Below, one piece after another: positions 11,680 through 23,907 of a DNA stretch of 64,000 nucleotides. The position numbers and the translations under genes were made by a program. Each line of letters starts with the position of its first letter. Position 1 is the first letter of the stretch. A model generated the notes under the pieces. The model was not told where the DNA came from. It saw only the letters and a program-made list of their open reading frames with translations, and did not search any database. This stretch comes from Antedon mediterranea (taxonomy: Eukaryota > Animalia > Echinodermata): NCBI RefSeq assembly GCF_964355755.1, contig NC_092673.1:9610001-9674000 (forward strand). Reading direction: 5' to 3'.

Positions 11680-13658
11680 AATTTTCTGTCTGGTTGCTGT
11701 GATGTGCACCTGGGCAGCACAGATAATGACACTGCATTAGTGGTTTTCGAGATATAGGACAACTGTAATTTTCCTCCTTATTTGCATATTTTATTTAAAT
11801 TGTACTACTAATTTGCATACTTTCGAGGTGTGTGACAAAGGTGTAATTTTTTGGATTACAAAGTGGTCCTATGCTGGCTATTAGGTCATTTGAGGGCAAA
11901 ATAAAGTCTCTACAGACATTTTAGTCACATTGTGTATGCAAACATTGAGAAATGGGGTCGAAGATCAAATGTTGTACTTACGGTTATTTTTTTGTAAAAT
12001 GTTTCATTAGAGTAAATAAAAATATATACATTTTGAATAAATCAGTGAAAAAATCCACTCTCTGGGACTAGTAGTTTTTGAGATATGGTAACCCTGTAAT
12101 CTCGCCCTAATTTGCATATTTAAGCTAATTTTCATATTATCAGTGTAGTATTTACGTAGTTATTTATGTAAATAGCCTACTTGGTCTGCAAGTTGCATTA
12201 TTTGCATATTAGTCTGCAGATGGTTAATGGCAACGGGGCATACAACAAAACACACATATAGCGTTGGTTATAGATGCGATACACGGTAGCCTACTGTACA
12301 CAGAATAACGTTTGTTATATATGACACTTGACTGGATTGTTTGAATACGTTTCTTTATTTGGTATATCACAATCGGGATGAGTGACAGAGGTGTGATGCT
12401 CAAATTTTGATCTCCTCATCATGTGACCATTTAAAAAAGAAAAATCTCTGTTTGCAATTTGTTTCACTCAAAATGATAGATTAATAATGCCATAAGAGAG
12501 ATTGAATTAGTAAAGCTAAATAATGACCTTGAAATTTTGGATGAGTAACATGGTACAATTTTATAATGCTAATGTAAAAACTATTTTAGTTTTTTAAATA
12601 GATTTATTTTTAAACTGTATCCATACTGTTATATATCTATGTATCTATGTAACTTTTTGTCTTTTTTTGTGTATCTATATATAAATTATGGTTAATTCTG
12701 ACATAGGCGAGCACAATGGACAAACTTTAGGACAAATCTCCACCTTGGATACCTACATTATCTATCCTCAGATGTACCGCGAAACGTAGATTTGATAACA
12801 TTAGTTTTCAGTATTACGCTATTGTTCCATTTTTGTCTTTTACAACGACACAATTTAGCGTTTCCTATCAAAATTTGTGGATATCATAGGGTAATTTTCA
12901 CACACTCGTGCTGTTAACCGGCTTCTGGGTCCTGTGACTTCCCGCAAAATGGCCGTTGGTGGAGACATTTCAATATTTTTATTTGTTGATAAGTCCAGAA
13001 AATACAAATACAAAGCCAAATTAATAACTCTTGATAAAATTTGAATTATGAAATAGGGAGGCTGAAATGACAGGTTTTTACTTTAATTATTGAAGGCCTT
13101 TACTTTTATGTAAACTACATATGATTTTAGTGATTCAACTGATCGTGAACTACTATGTTTAATTTATTTTAGATATGCAACTAATCAATTATATTGATTA
13201 AAAAGGCATTTACTTTGTGAACTACAATTTGTTTTAGTAATTTAACTATTATTGAAGGCCTTTACTTTTACATGAACTACAATGTGATTTTAGTGATTCA
13301 ACTGAATCTTGAACTACAATTTATTTGTTTTAGATATTCAGCTAATCAATTATGCTATTTATTAACCACTTAATTAAATGTAGGTGCGATTCAATGTTAC
13401 TAAAGGAGGCCAGGTACCAGGAAACACTAATGTTTATATTATCGATTATTTCTGCTGCTTGCTCTGTTTATAATTATAAATGGTGTCTACTACGACCGAT
13501 ATAAGTAGGCTACGAAAGTTCCAAAATTAACAAGATGCTGTTGTCATGATATATTGTGATACAAATGTTAAACTATGATAAATTGATAAACTATGCTTTG
13601 GTCTCTTGGTACGGTCACGGTCACGTTAGAGACTGTCAGTGATTGATGACCCCTATTA

Positions 13659-14710
13659 GGCGTCATCTACAAATTATTTCAGACCACAAATCAGCGTCCA
13701 GACGCGTTTTCTATTGTTTACCCAAAAACGCGTCTCAAAACGCGTCTGATTTGGCTGCGTCTAGACGCCAATATGCATGTTCGACTATGGCCCCGCCCCT
13801 ATATACGGCTGACTGCACATTGTTATACTGTGTACTGGTGTTAAACGCGCTACATATAAGTGAATTCATTGAGAGCGTGATATTAAATTATTATTTACAA
13901 CCGGCAGTAAGACAAACAAATCAGTACAGGTATACCCTTTTACCGCCGACAGAGTATGTAAAGCGCAAATTTTCGTTTCTATTTATTCGCAACCTTTTAT
14001 TTTTGCGATTTTATTTTTCTTGTGGTAAAGAGTGAATTTACCACATGCAAAAACGTTCAAGTTAACTTTAGGAACATGGAATCACTCAAACTATTGACCT
14101 ACAGTACAGAAAGAAAATACTGCAACTTTACCTACGAAGTAGCTTCGTAGGCTACGTTGTTGGCTTCGTAGGTTCCATTGTTTGGCTTCGTAACCTCAAT
14201 AAACAACTTTCAATGAACTACATTCTGAACTTCGTAGGGAGTTCGTAACCTAAATAAACAACCCTACGATGTTCTTAGTGAAGTAAGGTGTGAAATTAAT
14301 GTGTTAAATTTAACTGGCGGAGGACCAAGTTGTAAATATAATATAATATTTTTTAATCGTAATCGTTTCCTTCGTGCGTGTTTACCTACTCAACGGCGAA
14401 TATAAATATAAATTTCCCACGATGTAAACGTAGAGACACGCCATCCAACACAGGTGAACCTCAATGAACAGGCCAACTAATAAACATATTATAGCGAATG
14501 TCCAGTCCATCCAGAACGATGCCGAGAAAAAAAGATCGTAAACAATTCATTCTAAATATAGTATCAGAACGTTTTCAGTCGGTCGCTCAACATTTCGCTC
14601 AAAAAGACTGCCGACAGAAGACCGTAATAAATACAGACCTAGTTTTTTTGGTCACATGGCATGAAACGCGATACTCTGGTGGCTGCCGTCTGACGACGAT
14701 AAAACAGTAA
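13659..14710 (+). mobile_element. Truncated PIF/Harbinger-type MITE (left part only)
   Basis: TTA|ggcgtcatctacaaattatttcagaccaca; nearly identical to 53469-54498. Confidence 0.85.
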
Positions 14711-14974
14711 TTCAGATAGTGTAATGGTTTCCTCCTGGGTGTAACGTTCAGATAATATATATAATAATATAATATATATACTGTTCTTTACAATTATATT
14801 ATTTGCATCTTGCGTTCTTATGATTGGTACCAATTGCTGTAAAGTTTTCACATCATTACAGGAGAATTAATGTACATTTCGTTTACAAATAATTAAATCT
14901 ATTGAGTAACTTTTCATTACCCGGAAGCAAGCTTCTGACATCGATTCTATGGGTAAGGGGTATAATGTGTCGGA

Positions 14975-17011
14975 AAATATTGGATTCTCATTCTCCACCT
15001 ATGCATCGCACTCTTGTGCTTCACCCTCATGCAACCTGGTATACAGGTGAACATCATTCAATGAAGCAGGAGCGTCGACGTCTGGAGCGCAAGTGGCTGA
15101 AATCTGGTCTTATGGTAGACAAACAACTGTACCATAATCGGTGCACTATAACTACATCTTTTCAAGGCCAAGACGGAGTATCACAAAGATGAGGTATTAG
15201 GATGTGATCAACGCAAGTTATTCCGTGTTGCTGACAAGTTAACATCTACTGCCATCTCTAGTCCTCTTCCTGTTCATGATGATGCTAAAACTCTTGCAAA
15301 TCTATTCTCTGACTTTTTTAAAAACAAGATTGAGAGATATTGCAGCACTTTTTCATCAACCTCCCCTCATTCTGTTGAATCTCAATCATTTCAAAGTAAT
15401 TTCAATACCTTTGACCCTGTCTCAAGGGTCAAAGTCTTTGCTGATGATTTACTTAATGTCATTAGGTCAGCCTCCATTACTTCTTGCTCCCTGGATCCGC
15501 TTCCTCTTAAAGTATTTAAAACTTGTCTTCCTACCCTTCTTCCCTTCTTTACCAAAGTTGTCAACACCTCACTGAGCTCAGGTATCTTTCCATCTTCACT
15601 CAAACATGCCTGCATAACACCATTGTTAAAGAAGCCATCTCTGGATACTGAGGAATTTGCAAGTTACAGACCCATTTCCAATCTTCCATTTCTTGGAAAA
15701 ATTATTGAAAGGGTTGTGTCCAGTCAGCTGCAATCATATCTGAATAGCAATGGCTTATTTGCCACTAGACAATCCGCCTATTGTCCAAACCATAGTGTAG
15801 AATCTGCACTTCTTCTTGTGCATAATGATATTAGCATTGCACTTGACAACCATAATGAGGTTCTTAAGGTCCTTTTGGACTTAAGTGCTGCTTTTGACAC
15901 CATCAACCATAAGCATTTATTAAATCGTCTATCATCACGTTACGGTATCTCTGGAATCTGTCATAATTGGTTTGCATCATATCTAAATGATAGGTCCCAG
16001 TCAATTGTCATCAAGGATGTTTTGTTGAACCCGGCTCTGCTTACAGTTGGTGTTCCACAAGGGTCTGTGGTTGGTCGTCTTCTGTTTATTTTATTTTTAT
16101 GAATCTCACAATGTGAAGTGTATGGCGTATGCTGATGACACTCAGCTTTATGTCACTTTCAACCCTAATCAGCGTGATTCTGCTGTCAGTAAACTTGAAT
16201 CCTGTATTGCCGAAGTCTGTGCATGTTGTCAATCTAACAGCCTGGTCGTGAATGATGCTAAAACAGAACTTATTCATTTTTCTTCTAGTTTTAAGCCTGC
16301 CTGCTGGACTGTATCTGTTAAGATTGGTAATACTTTCATTTAACCTTCGTCATCCTGTAGAAACCTTGGAGTTGTCATGGACTCAACGCTTAGTATGTCT
16401 AATCAGGTACATAACATCTGCAAAGCTGGGCTTCACGCTATTCGTAAAATTGGAAGCATTCGGAAGTACCTGGATTCAAGATCAACTGAGATACTTACAT
16501 CAAGGCTAGATTGTTGTAACTCATTACTTTATAGCTTACCAGCAAAGGATATCTCTAAAATTCAGCGAGTCCAGAACACAGCTGCCTGATTGGTAGGTAG
16601 TTCAAAGCCCCATAAGGCAACATTACACACCTGTGCTAAGACAACTTCATTGGCTTTCGGTAACACAAAGAATTACCTATTTGTTTTCAAAGCTCTTCAT
16701 AATTCTTCATCTAAGTTCATTTCTGAACTTATTCAACCGTATGTTCCTGAGGTCTCTGAGATCAGGATCTGAGTCTCTTCTTGCCAATATATTCCATCCT
16801 TCCACTAAGTTTTATGGAAATCGTTACTTTTCTTTGGCATCCGTTTCTCTTTGGAATGCGTTGCCTATTGAAATCCGTCAGGCAACTTCCACCAGTGTCT
16901 TCAAATCTCTCCTCAAAACCCACCTTTTGAATTTTAAATTTTCTAAATTTTTCTGTCTATGTAAAGCGCATTGAGGCTTTTAGCAACAAGTACCAGTTAT
17001 TATTGTTATTA
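14975..17011 (+). mobile_element. 5'-truncated, frameshifted L2/CR1-group LINE
   Basis: Motifs LKKPSLD..SYRPISNLPFLGKIIERVV, LLDLSAAFDTINH, GVPQGSV, YADDTQLY, SRLDCCNSLL, LHWL and LWNALP; tail tgtaaagcgcattgag...tattattgttatta. Confidence 0.92.
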
Positions 17012-17158
17012 CAAAAAGGCGGGTCCCGTTATTTTCACCTATTCTGCACTGTATAGTATGTATACAGTATATAGTGTACCTATAATGTATATACTTCGAC
17101 ACAAAATAGAGGGCACACTAACATTTTATTTTCACATTTTTATCTATTATGTCCTTAC

Positions 17159-17231
17159 CTTTTCATTGTACATCAATACATGTTTTTTAATTTTAGATGT
17201 GTCTGTCCATGTGATAAAATCTTCCATATTC
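17159..17231 (-). CDS. IMP3: IMP3 internal exon, 73 nt
   Basis: Encodes (R)[24 protein letters not shown], versus human [25 protein letters not shown]. Acceptor tttttgttcag, donor GTAAGG. Confidence 0.95.
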
Positions 17232-17679
17232 CTGAACAAAAATAAAAATTTGTAACAATCTATTAATGTATTACCATTAACATATTGATTTCTTATTAGT
17301 ACAGATTATTAAATATTAGTTAGTCCAGAGAAGTTCATTTTTAAAACTTTCGTTCTTTAAAATGAAAAAGAAGAATGCATGTTTGAACCTCTAATGTCGA
17401 AAAAAAACCTGTTAATGTGGAACAATCCGCTCCAACTAATAGCTTTATATATTAAATAAAAAATCAACACCAGCTAAAGTAAAGTTTTATTGATTGTATT
17501 AGGGAATTCATTTATAAATTGTCTTTTTAAAATAGTTTATTGCCTCTGTTTTCAGTCACTCTCTGTGCTTAAGTCATTACAAATTCAATTTTATTCTTTT
17601 TGTATTTTCACCCTTTATCATAAATGTACATATATTTTTGACTAATTTGTTATTTTTACTGTTTTTACAAGTTTTAGGC

Positions 17680-17840
17680 TATGGTCAAACTACAGCCTCA
17701 AGCCTGGCGCAACTCACCTCGATTGAGACTTTTGTAGTGTGACCGAACGTGGATCGACTCGCGGCTGGCTTGAAAGCGATTTCAATCCAGGTAACTCAAC
17801 CCCAGATGCGCTACCCAGATTGACCTTAGTGTGACCGGGA
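17680..17840. mobile_element. Small Harbinger-like MITE remnant
   Basis: Imperfect inverted termini ggtcaaacta ... tagtgtgacc, with a second internal tagtgtgacc. Confidence 0.35.
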
Positions 17841-18369
17841 TTGACATTATTTTTTGGAATCTGGCCAATCACAGTCATCAACTCTGTGTTGTTTGTTGGG
17901 AATTTTTTTTCATGGATCGTTCAATTTCGTTGGGTTTTGGTTGAGTTTTTAGATGACACATGAAGATATCAAAGAGATTTGTGCATTAATTTTTCTTCTT
18001 GTAATCTGAGGTCCTTCGTAACTATCACCAGCATTTTGTACGCTGTGCATTGTCTGTCATCTAGTGGTTGAATTTAAGATGAAACTAGAATCGGATAGCC
18101 TACTAAGGATGCCGCCTCTGTATGTGGCGGCAGGCCTATATTAATATTATGTTTACAATCAGTCGATTATTACATTTAGGTGTTTCCATAAATAAAGGGG
18201 CCAAGGTGTGACATTAGGGTCAGAATTTCAAAGTGTGACATTCTAAGTCTAATAATCAATTCTAAATAGTATATCATGTACTTGAACTAAAAAAAAGAAG
18301 CAAACTACACATTAAATCTGTTGTCTCTATGTAACAGCATTTATATAGTATCAACATATATAGCAAATT

Positions 18370-21300
18370 TCACATGTAACGGAGACACCAAAATCACATT
18401 ATCTACCCCTCTTATAAGTTATTATTAATAACCTAAAACTGTTTAAATTGGATTTTTTAAATAGCTTTTGGGAACATCTTCAATGCAGAAAAATATTATT
18501 TAAATCACACCTTTTCAAATTTAAAAAATAGCTTATGACATAATTATGCAAAGCCGTTAAAGTTGACTTAATTTCTATATAAAAGATTTGTAAAGTCACT
18601 GCTGTTTAAAAATTACATGTAAACAATACAGAAATGAACAGAATATACCTCAAGTATATACATTTACTAGCAACAAGTCAAATCAGGATCATACCTCTAT
18701 GTGGCAATAAAACAATATGGTTCATGAAATATAAATGGAAGATTTCACGTGTAACGGAGACACCAAATGTTCACTTTAACTCGTCACAATGTTTTATGTA
18801 ATGGTTTGATATGCAGCCATTTTTAAAGTATAACAAATGTGGTTACAACTGCATACAATTGATAAACTGGTAAAAATAGTATATCAAATACTATCTTTTA
18901 ATCAATAAAACAATATAATTCATGCAATAAAAAATTGAAGTTTTCACGTGTAACAGAGACACCAAAAAGTTCACTTAAATAAGTCAACAAGAACAAATAC
19001 ATTATTTTTAAAGTGTGACAACTGTAATTACTACTTCACACAAAAAACTGCTAAAATATACTATTAATAGTCACTTACAGTAAAATCATTGAGAATACAT
19101 TTGGATATACTTCGCATTAACACTCTTGTTCAATCATTAAAACGTATAATCTATATAAATTTACGAAAGGGAAAAATTTGGTAAATCGCGTATTACTTCT
19201 AAAATGTTTACTCAATGGTATATAAAGTTGGTTCGTACTTTCAGTGCTGATTTTAACCACCTGATGTAACCCTGTTTAATAATTTAATTTGAGTTATGTA
19301 ATTTTTTTTACGCTGAAATTACTGTGTATTCGAGAACCGTCTGTGGGCTGATGTTTCTTTGGTTGGTCTTTTTGTTGATGCGGCATCTCTATTTTTGGGG
19401 TTAAATGCAGTTCTCAATTGGAACGGTAACATTGTTGATAAACTGCTGATCTGTATAGATGAAAAAAATGACAATGAAACATTAGATTTGCCCATCTGGG
19501 TTAAATTTGATTCATCATCATATAGAAATATAAAGTATGTAATTAAGTATTTTTAATATAAATTATAAAAATAAATATATCTATTATTATTATAAAATAT
19601 GTTAGGCCTACTATACTAAAGAAAGTGTTTTCTTATCTTATGTTGATGGATTATAATATTTATTATTATTAACTATAAAACAATAAATGAACACTGTATA
19701 TATTTGTCTTTCTTGAGTTATGCTCATAAATTGATTTGACTAAACTATGGCTTTCTTTTCAGATTATTAGTTTAAAATATTAATATTATTTATCAAATAT
19801 TTATTATTATCATAATTTTATTATTATAATAAAATTAATATGTTACTGATAATTTTGTCTTAGTTATACTGAGTATAAATGTTTTTTACGTATTATTTTT
19901 AAATGTTGTAAAATGTCTGTTGACTTTATTTCTCATTCTTTTATAATTGTTTTTGAACCACATCGGGAAAACAGTAGAAAGTAATGTTGAAGTCTGTGGA
20001 ATATATTTAAAACGAAGAGTAAGGTTCCCCATTAAACTAAGCGCGATCTCTTTGTAGGGAGCCGACGAAGCAAGCGTGTGGGTTTTGGCCAACAAAATAA
20101 AGGTTCACCGAACCATGACCGAAATGATACCAGTCACCCATTTGAGCACCGGGATTCGCCGAGCCAGCAATCACGTTGGTTTTCAATAAAAATTAAAAAA
20201 TAAAGATTCATCAAACTGAACAGCTAAAAATAAACGCGATCTCAATTTGGAGGAGAATTTTATTAGCCAAGCACGTGGTGTTTCGGAAAACCCTATTAAT
20301 AATTATCGTACATGGAGTATATACACTGTCGCTGTAGAAATACCGCCGGAGTCGCCGAGTCAGCTAAAAAATAAACGCGATCTCAATGTGGAGGAGAGTT
20401 CATTAGCCAAGCACGTGATATTTCGGAAAACCCTTAATAATTATCGTACAGACCTGTAGAAATACCAGTCACCCCTTTCAGCTTCGGAGTCGCCGAGCCA
20501 GCTAAAAATCAATTTATCGCAATGTGGAGCAGAGTTCATTGCCCAAGCACGTGGTAATACTATCCTATTACTATTAGGAGAACCTATTGTTCTTTGTTGT
20601 TTTGATTTGATTTCGTTCATAATAAATTGTTATCCACAGCCTTGCGTTTATATTATATGTGATTGTTGTTATCAATTTAAATAAAGTTAATTATCATTAA
20701 ATTTATAAAACCTTAGTATATCTTCCGTAGATTGTAATTGAAACAAGTTAAATATTCCCTACACATCAAGTGAAATCGCCCAAATATGATAGGCGCGCAT
20801 ACGCGACAACCAAGTTGCTTGGACTCGCTCACTATAGTGGAGGGTATTTTAAATGTATATTATAGTAAACATTTAATTCATATTTTATCTTGTCGAATAG
20901 CAACGTTAAATAAATAAACAAAATTATGTACTAATATTACACATTATTTTGTGTAATATATTTTTTTGTTATAACTGAAATGAACCAATTAAAATTCTTT
21001 TTTTTCCCACAGTAACAAATAGAATAGTCAAAAACGACGAATTTGTTTCTATTCTGAAAGTGGTTGTAAACTATGGACTTTTATCCCTATTTCTTGTGAC
21101 AATAATTAAATAACTTTTTATTTTTCTGTGTCATATAGAAGCAATAACCAAATAGCAAACACATAATGTAAAATTTAAAGATTTTATGGTAACTAATTGC
21201 TAATTATTTGCAAAATACTACACCAGTATAAGGTCTAGTACACTACGTAACAAGACACGGCGTATCTTCTACGATGTTACACTGTAACCTGCCTAGTGGA

Positions 21301-22060
21301 AAATGTTTTGCAATTTTGCTCATTAATTTGTTAAATATTAATCAATTATAGACATATCTGTTCATTGGGTATACATTATGAAGCTGCTATGAGATAAACA
21401 ACATTCCTACCACATTAAAACAAATATCAACTATATAGTATCAACAAACTACCAACGTAACCGTGTCTTATTGTGTATATGACACCCAGTTTTTGACTAT
21501 GATGTTGACGTTAGAGTACGAAGATAGTTTTGGCGTTTAATTTTCTTGTATTTTTCATTATAACCCACTATTTTCTAAATTCTAAAAACTAACAAAATAA
21601 AAATACACAAAACTTACATGCAATGAAGTGCGTAGAAGTTATTTACAACGTAACAGTTGAAACAACGTAACAGAGGGACACGAAAAGTCTCTACCGCTGT
21701 AACTCGAAATTAGCGCGGATCCTAGCGATGATTTTTTCGCCGAGACTATAGTTCGCCTGCTTCTTGAATCACGTGACATTCAACTTCAGAAATAGCTCTC
21801 TCGGCGTTCACCACCGATGGTCTATGAATAACTACGTAACGAATATACGAGACACGAAATGTTCTAAAAAAATAGTTTTTCGTCTGTAACCGACTAAATA
21901 AAATCGCCATTTTGTAGAACTTTGTGTAAGGTAAATTTCAGTGATCTGTTGTAGTGAATGTAATTCGATTTTCGTCATTATAGTGGTACTTCTTGTGTCT
22001 GTTCACTAATAAAGATCGTACTAACAACGTAACAAAGTGAGACACGAAATGTTACGTTGT
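18370..22060. repeat. Unclassified DNA-element body with a spaced repeated motif YGTAAC...GAGACAC
   Basis: The motif gtaac(g/a)gagacacca occurs near 18376, 18751 and 18950. Related acgtaac...gacacg motifs occur near 21245, 21666, 21834 and 22027. Confidence 0.5.
19150..20836 (+). mobile_element. Internally deleted Helitron related to 5094-6402; 3' end uncertain
   Basis: 19150-19290 matches 5094-5235 and 19305-19348 matches 6325-6367, after which the sequence differs. It contains ~150-bp tandem units (20125-20555) and a hairpin near 20802-20830. Confidence 0.5.
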
Positions 22061-22308
22061 GATGCTGGACGTCGCGGACCGTTGTGTGGAAAACAAAAAA
22101 TCGTGGGAAATTGTAATTAGCTTATATTTAACGTTGCTTTGTACTCTATTGTGATGATAAATAAATACAAAATAACTATTGCTGTAGTATATTTTTTAAA
22201 CTCTGATATGTCCGTGTATTTAAATGTCACACATATTTTAATAAAATGAGCTAGACACCACGATATATTTTTTTTTTAAATCGTTTTTTTTTTGCAGAAA
22301 TTCTAGTA

Positions 22309-23628
22309 CAGTCAACTCTCCCAATACCGGACTCTCCCAAAACCGGAATTAACGAAAAACCAGACTTTTTTGGAAGGCCCAATTTGTCCCTATTCTAAAT
22401 GTACTGTAATTTATTATGAAAACCGGAATACCCAATTCCGGAATCCGGACAAATTATGAAGTACAAAACACGAAAATTAGCGTCTGAAAACCGGACTGAC
22501 AGTTAAAAAACTCCAAATATTTACGAAAACAATGTAACATCGTCGTATCTGACTCGGATTCAATACATTCACAATGTACAAAAGCTTTTTTAAAACCATA
22601 CAACTCCCTGCCCTGACCATGCATGAAGTGCGCAACGTTTCGCGGTACGATCAAATAATGTTGCCATGGAGCGCTACACTGTGATTGACAGGTCAGTTCA
22701 TTGTTAACCCACGAGGCGGCAATTGCTTTGTTGTGTATCGAACTGCGGTGGGCTTTTTCACATCGAAGCGCTATGTCTTAGCTATGTCTTTGTTGTTAAC
22801 AACTCCCTGTTTTTTAGCATATGAATTGTTTTTTAATAAAGTTCAATTTACATTCCACTTTGTGTCTTTGTTTTGTTTAAATTATTGTTAAATTCACAAT
22901 TGCAATAGGACTTTAAAAAGGAATGTTTCACTAAAAATGTGCATCATTATAAATTTGGAAATCATTATGGCAAAACGTAAACGGAATGAACTTGACTTAA
23001 CTAGTGTTAATAAACTTTGAAATGTTACCAATTAATTATTGTGTCATTATTGCTTGGCTCGGTTACCTAATCAATTTTCATCATTGTTATCAAATTACGT
23101 CAAAATAAAGGAGCTTAAAAAACATGTGGTCTAGGTGTGGGCGTTTTTATTTGATTATGACACCTCTGCACATGCGCATCAATCAAAGCCCCGCTTTGCT
23201 ATTTTTATCACCCATGCTGCTGCTTGCTAGCTCGCGAAAAACAATAAACAGACCGAAATTATGTTCACCGTACGTACGTAGGCCTTTTTGCCGTTAAAAA
23301 CACATTGAGAAACAATAATTTACTACTGTAACATTTTTTATTGATACAGTAAATAATGTAACTTTTAAAAAAGGTAAATTGAATTCGCTTAATATTAATA
23401 AAGTAGGCTAGGCCTATCAGTATTTATTTAATTAAAACTAGCTTGACACAATCATAGCCTAGGCCTTCCCTACGCTAGACCGTACTGGGCAGCATTCGGA
23501 CCGGTGATTCAAAGCTTTTTCAGTGACAACGTGATGACTTTAAAAATATGTTTTCAGGAAACCGGACTTTCGAAAAACCAGAAAATATATGCCCGCCCAA
23601 GGGTGTCCGGTATTGGGAGAGTTGACTG
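22309..23628 (+). mobile_element. pogo/Tigger-type (Tc1/mariner) non-autonomous element
   Basis: TA|cagtcaactctcccaataccgga ... tccggtattgggagagttgactg|TA. Internal transposase-like start atggcaaaacgtaaacggaatgaacttgactta (MAKRKRNELDL). Confidence 0.92.
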
Positions 23629-23630
23629 TA

Positions 23631-23907
23631 CATAGAATCGAGATGCGCGTTCATTTAAATGTGATGAACTATGACACAAAATATGAATATACAACTTTTT
23701 ATATTTAACTGGCCATATGATGACGTCACAACATCTGATTGGCAAAATGTTCCCATGAATTCGTATCTACAATTCAATAGCTTCCAGAAAACATTTTAAT
23801 CATGATTATCACTTTTTATTCTGACGAGCTATAACAGATTGAAATTTACTGTAAAGATGAAAATAAGTGACCCACGTTATTTACATTTTTAGACATGATG
23901 ACGTCAT
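23631..23907 (-). mobile_element. Internal fragment of HINE family A, reverse orientation
   Basis: Reverse complement of about 30770-31045. Confidence 0.8.

Larger units (their letters stand above)
7950..12135. repeat. ~350-bp tandem-unit repeat: inverted copy 7950-8498, direct units about 8620-9590 and 11730-12135
   Basis: The anchor gagcaaata/gagtaaata...cattctgaa recurs near 8848, 9189, 9552 and 12010, and in reverse complement at 7950-8015 and 8365-8498. Units carry ATTTGCAT motifs. Confidence 0.75.

Noticed and set aside
12367-12426. Possible C/D snoRNA on the minus strand (ATGATGA ... CCGA with a 4-bp terminal stem)
   Set aside because: The D box is non-canonical, the length is only about 60 nt, and I see no rRNA complement of 10 nt or more. 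snoscan/Infernal would be needed.
12925-12965. Promoter-like E2F/YY1 words (ttcccgcaaaatggccg)
   Set aside because: Short motifs with no associated exon, in a TE-rich intron.
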